In this document: positions 63,374 to 64,000 of the stretch, in pieces
Numbering within the stretch: position 1 is the stretch's first letter
Layout: every line of letters starts with the position of its first letter
NCBI GenBank assembly: GCA_013239625.1
Contig: MU053881.1
Location: 12,848,879 to 12,912,878, forward strand
From: Lama guanicoe
Taxonomy: Eukaryota
Reading direction: 5' to 3'
Length of the DNA: 64,000 bases
Made by a program: the position numbers and the translations under genes
Notes under the pieces: model-generated
Database searches by the model: none
Seen by the model: the letters and a program-made list of their open reading frames with translations, nothing else
Told to the model about the DNA's origin: nothing

Positions 63374-64000
63374 ATGTGTTCAGCAAATGATTCAGTTAGA
63401 CACATATATGTATTCTTTTTCGGATTCTTTTTCATTATAGGTTATTACAAGATATTGAATGTAATTCCTTGTGCAGTGCACTCCCCTCTCATCCCCAAGT
63501 TCTGTGCTCTTGGGGTTCTCCTAAGAGGGCTGTGTGGGTCCTTTTGCTGTGGCAGGCTGCCTGTGGGTGGTCTGGTAGGCTTGGTTGGCTCCAGGTCTGG
63601 TGGCTTCCAGGCCCCGTCTTGTGTGGATGCTGCTGGCTGCTCTTTATCGGGGCCTGGTCACCAGGTGGCTGGTTGCGGAATCCTGGAGGGTCCCGAGGCT
63701 GGTGCAGGCTCACCGACGGGCAGAGTCAGGATCCTGAAGACCCTGGGGCTGTTGCCCACTCACCGGCAAGTGAAGCCAGCTCCTGGGAATAGTGCCAAAC
63801 TGTTGACAGTCAGAGCTGGTTCCTGGATTCTGGCTCCGGGTTCCAGGGATCCCAGATTGTTGTCATTTCAGATTGTTGGTGGTGGGGGCCTCAGTTCCTG
63901 ACACAGTCAGGTAGGGGGTCTGGGGTGTCCCAAAGGTTGCATCGGCCTGCTAGTGGCCAGGCCCAGCTTCTCCCAGGGTAGGTCTGGCCTGTGTTGCGGG
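63374..64000 (-). mobile_element. L1 5' UTR fused directly to ~100 nt of L1 3' UTR (runs off window)
   Basis: 63374-63474 is homologous to the L1 3' UTRs at ~53790-53903 and ~60370-60470. From gcagtgca (63473-63480) onward the sequence is GC-rich and L1 5'UTR-like, with anchors shared with 56570-56640. Confidence 0.8.

Noticed and set aside
63374..63901. 175-aa ORF (longest in the track) and its overlapping ORFs
   Set aside because: It is an antisense reading of a GC-rich L1 5' UTR plus 3' UTR, where stops are scarce; no recognisable domain.
1..64000. Prokaryotic-style system (operon, CRISPR array, defence island)
   Set aside because: The DNA is mammalian and repeat-rich. There are no long ORFs, no regularly spaced direct repeats and no gene-dense organisation.

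Overview
AT-rich, CpG-depleted mammalian nuclear DNA with no recognisable host protein-coding exon, RNA gene or CRISPR array. It is intronic or intergenic. I saw no Alu, B1, Bov-tA, PRE-1 or Can-SINE. The young L1 3' ends look cetartiodactyl, most like camelid, judged from remembered consensus sequences rather than a search. The window is a mosaic of retroelements: ancient MIR, L2, MaLR/ERVL LTRs, hAT DNA transposons and one probable RTE-X (L4) fossil; seven younger solo LTRs, most with intact TG...CA ends and target-site duplications (TSDs); and eight L1 pieces, seven of them on the minus strand. The recognisable ORFs in the supplied track are retroelement debris, and the rest look like chance ORFs. 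I found no convincing novel multi-gene system. The best leads are two internally deleted L1s (one lacking RT, one lacking both ORFs), a divergent LTR pair 60 bp apart, a CpG-retaining LTR-in-LTR, a candidate L1 3' transduction and a few plus-strand splice-signal clusters. Family names come from visual recognition, and boundaries of old repeats are approximate.
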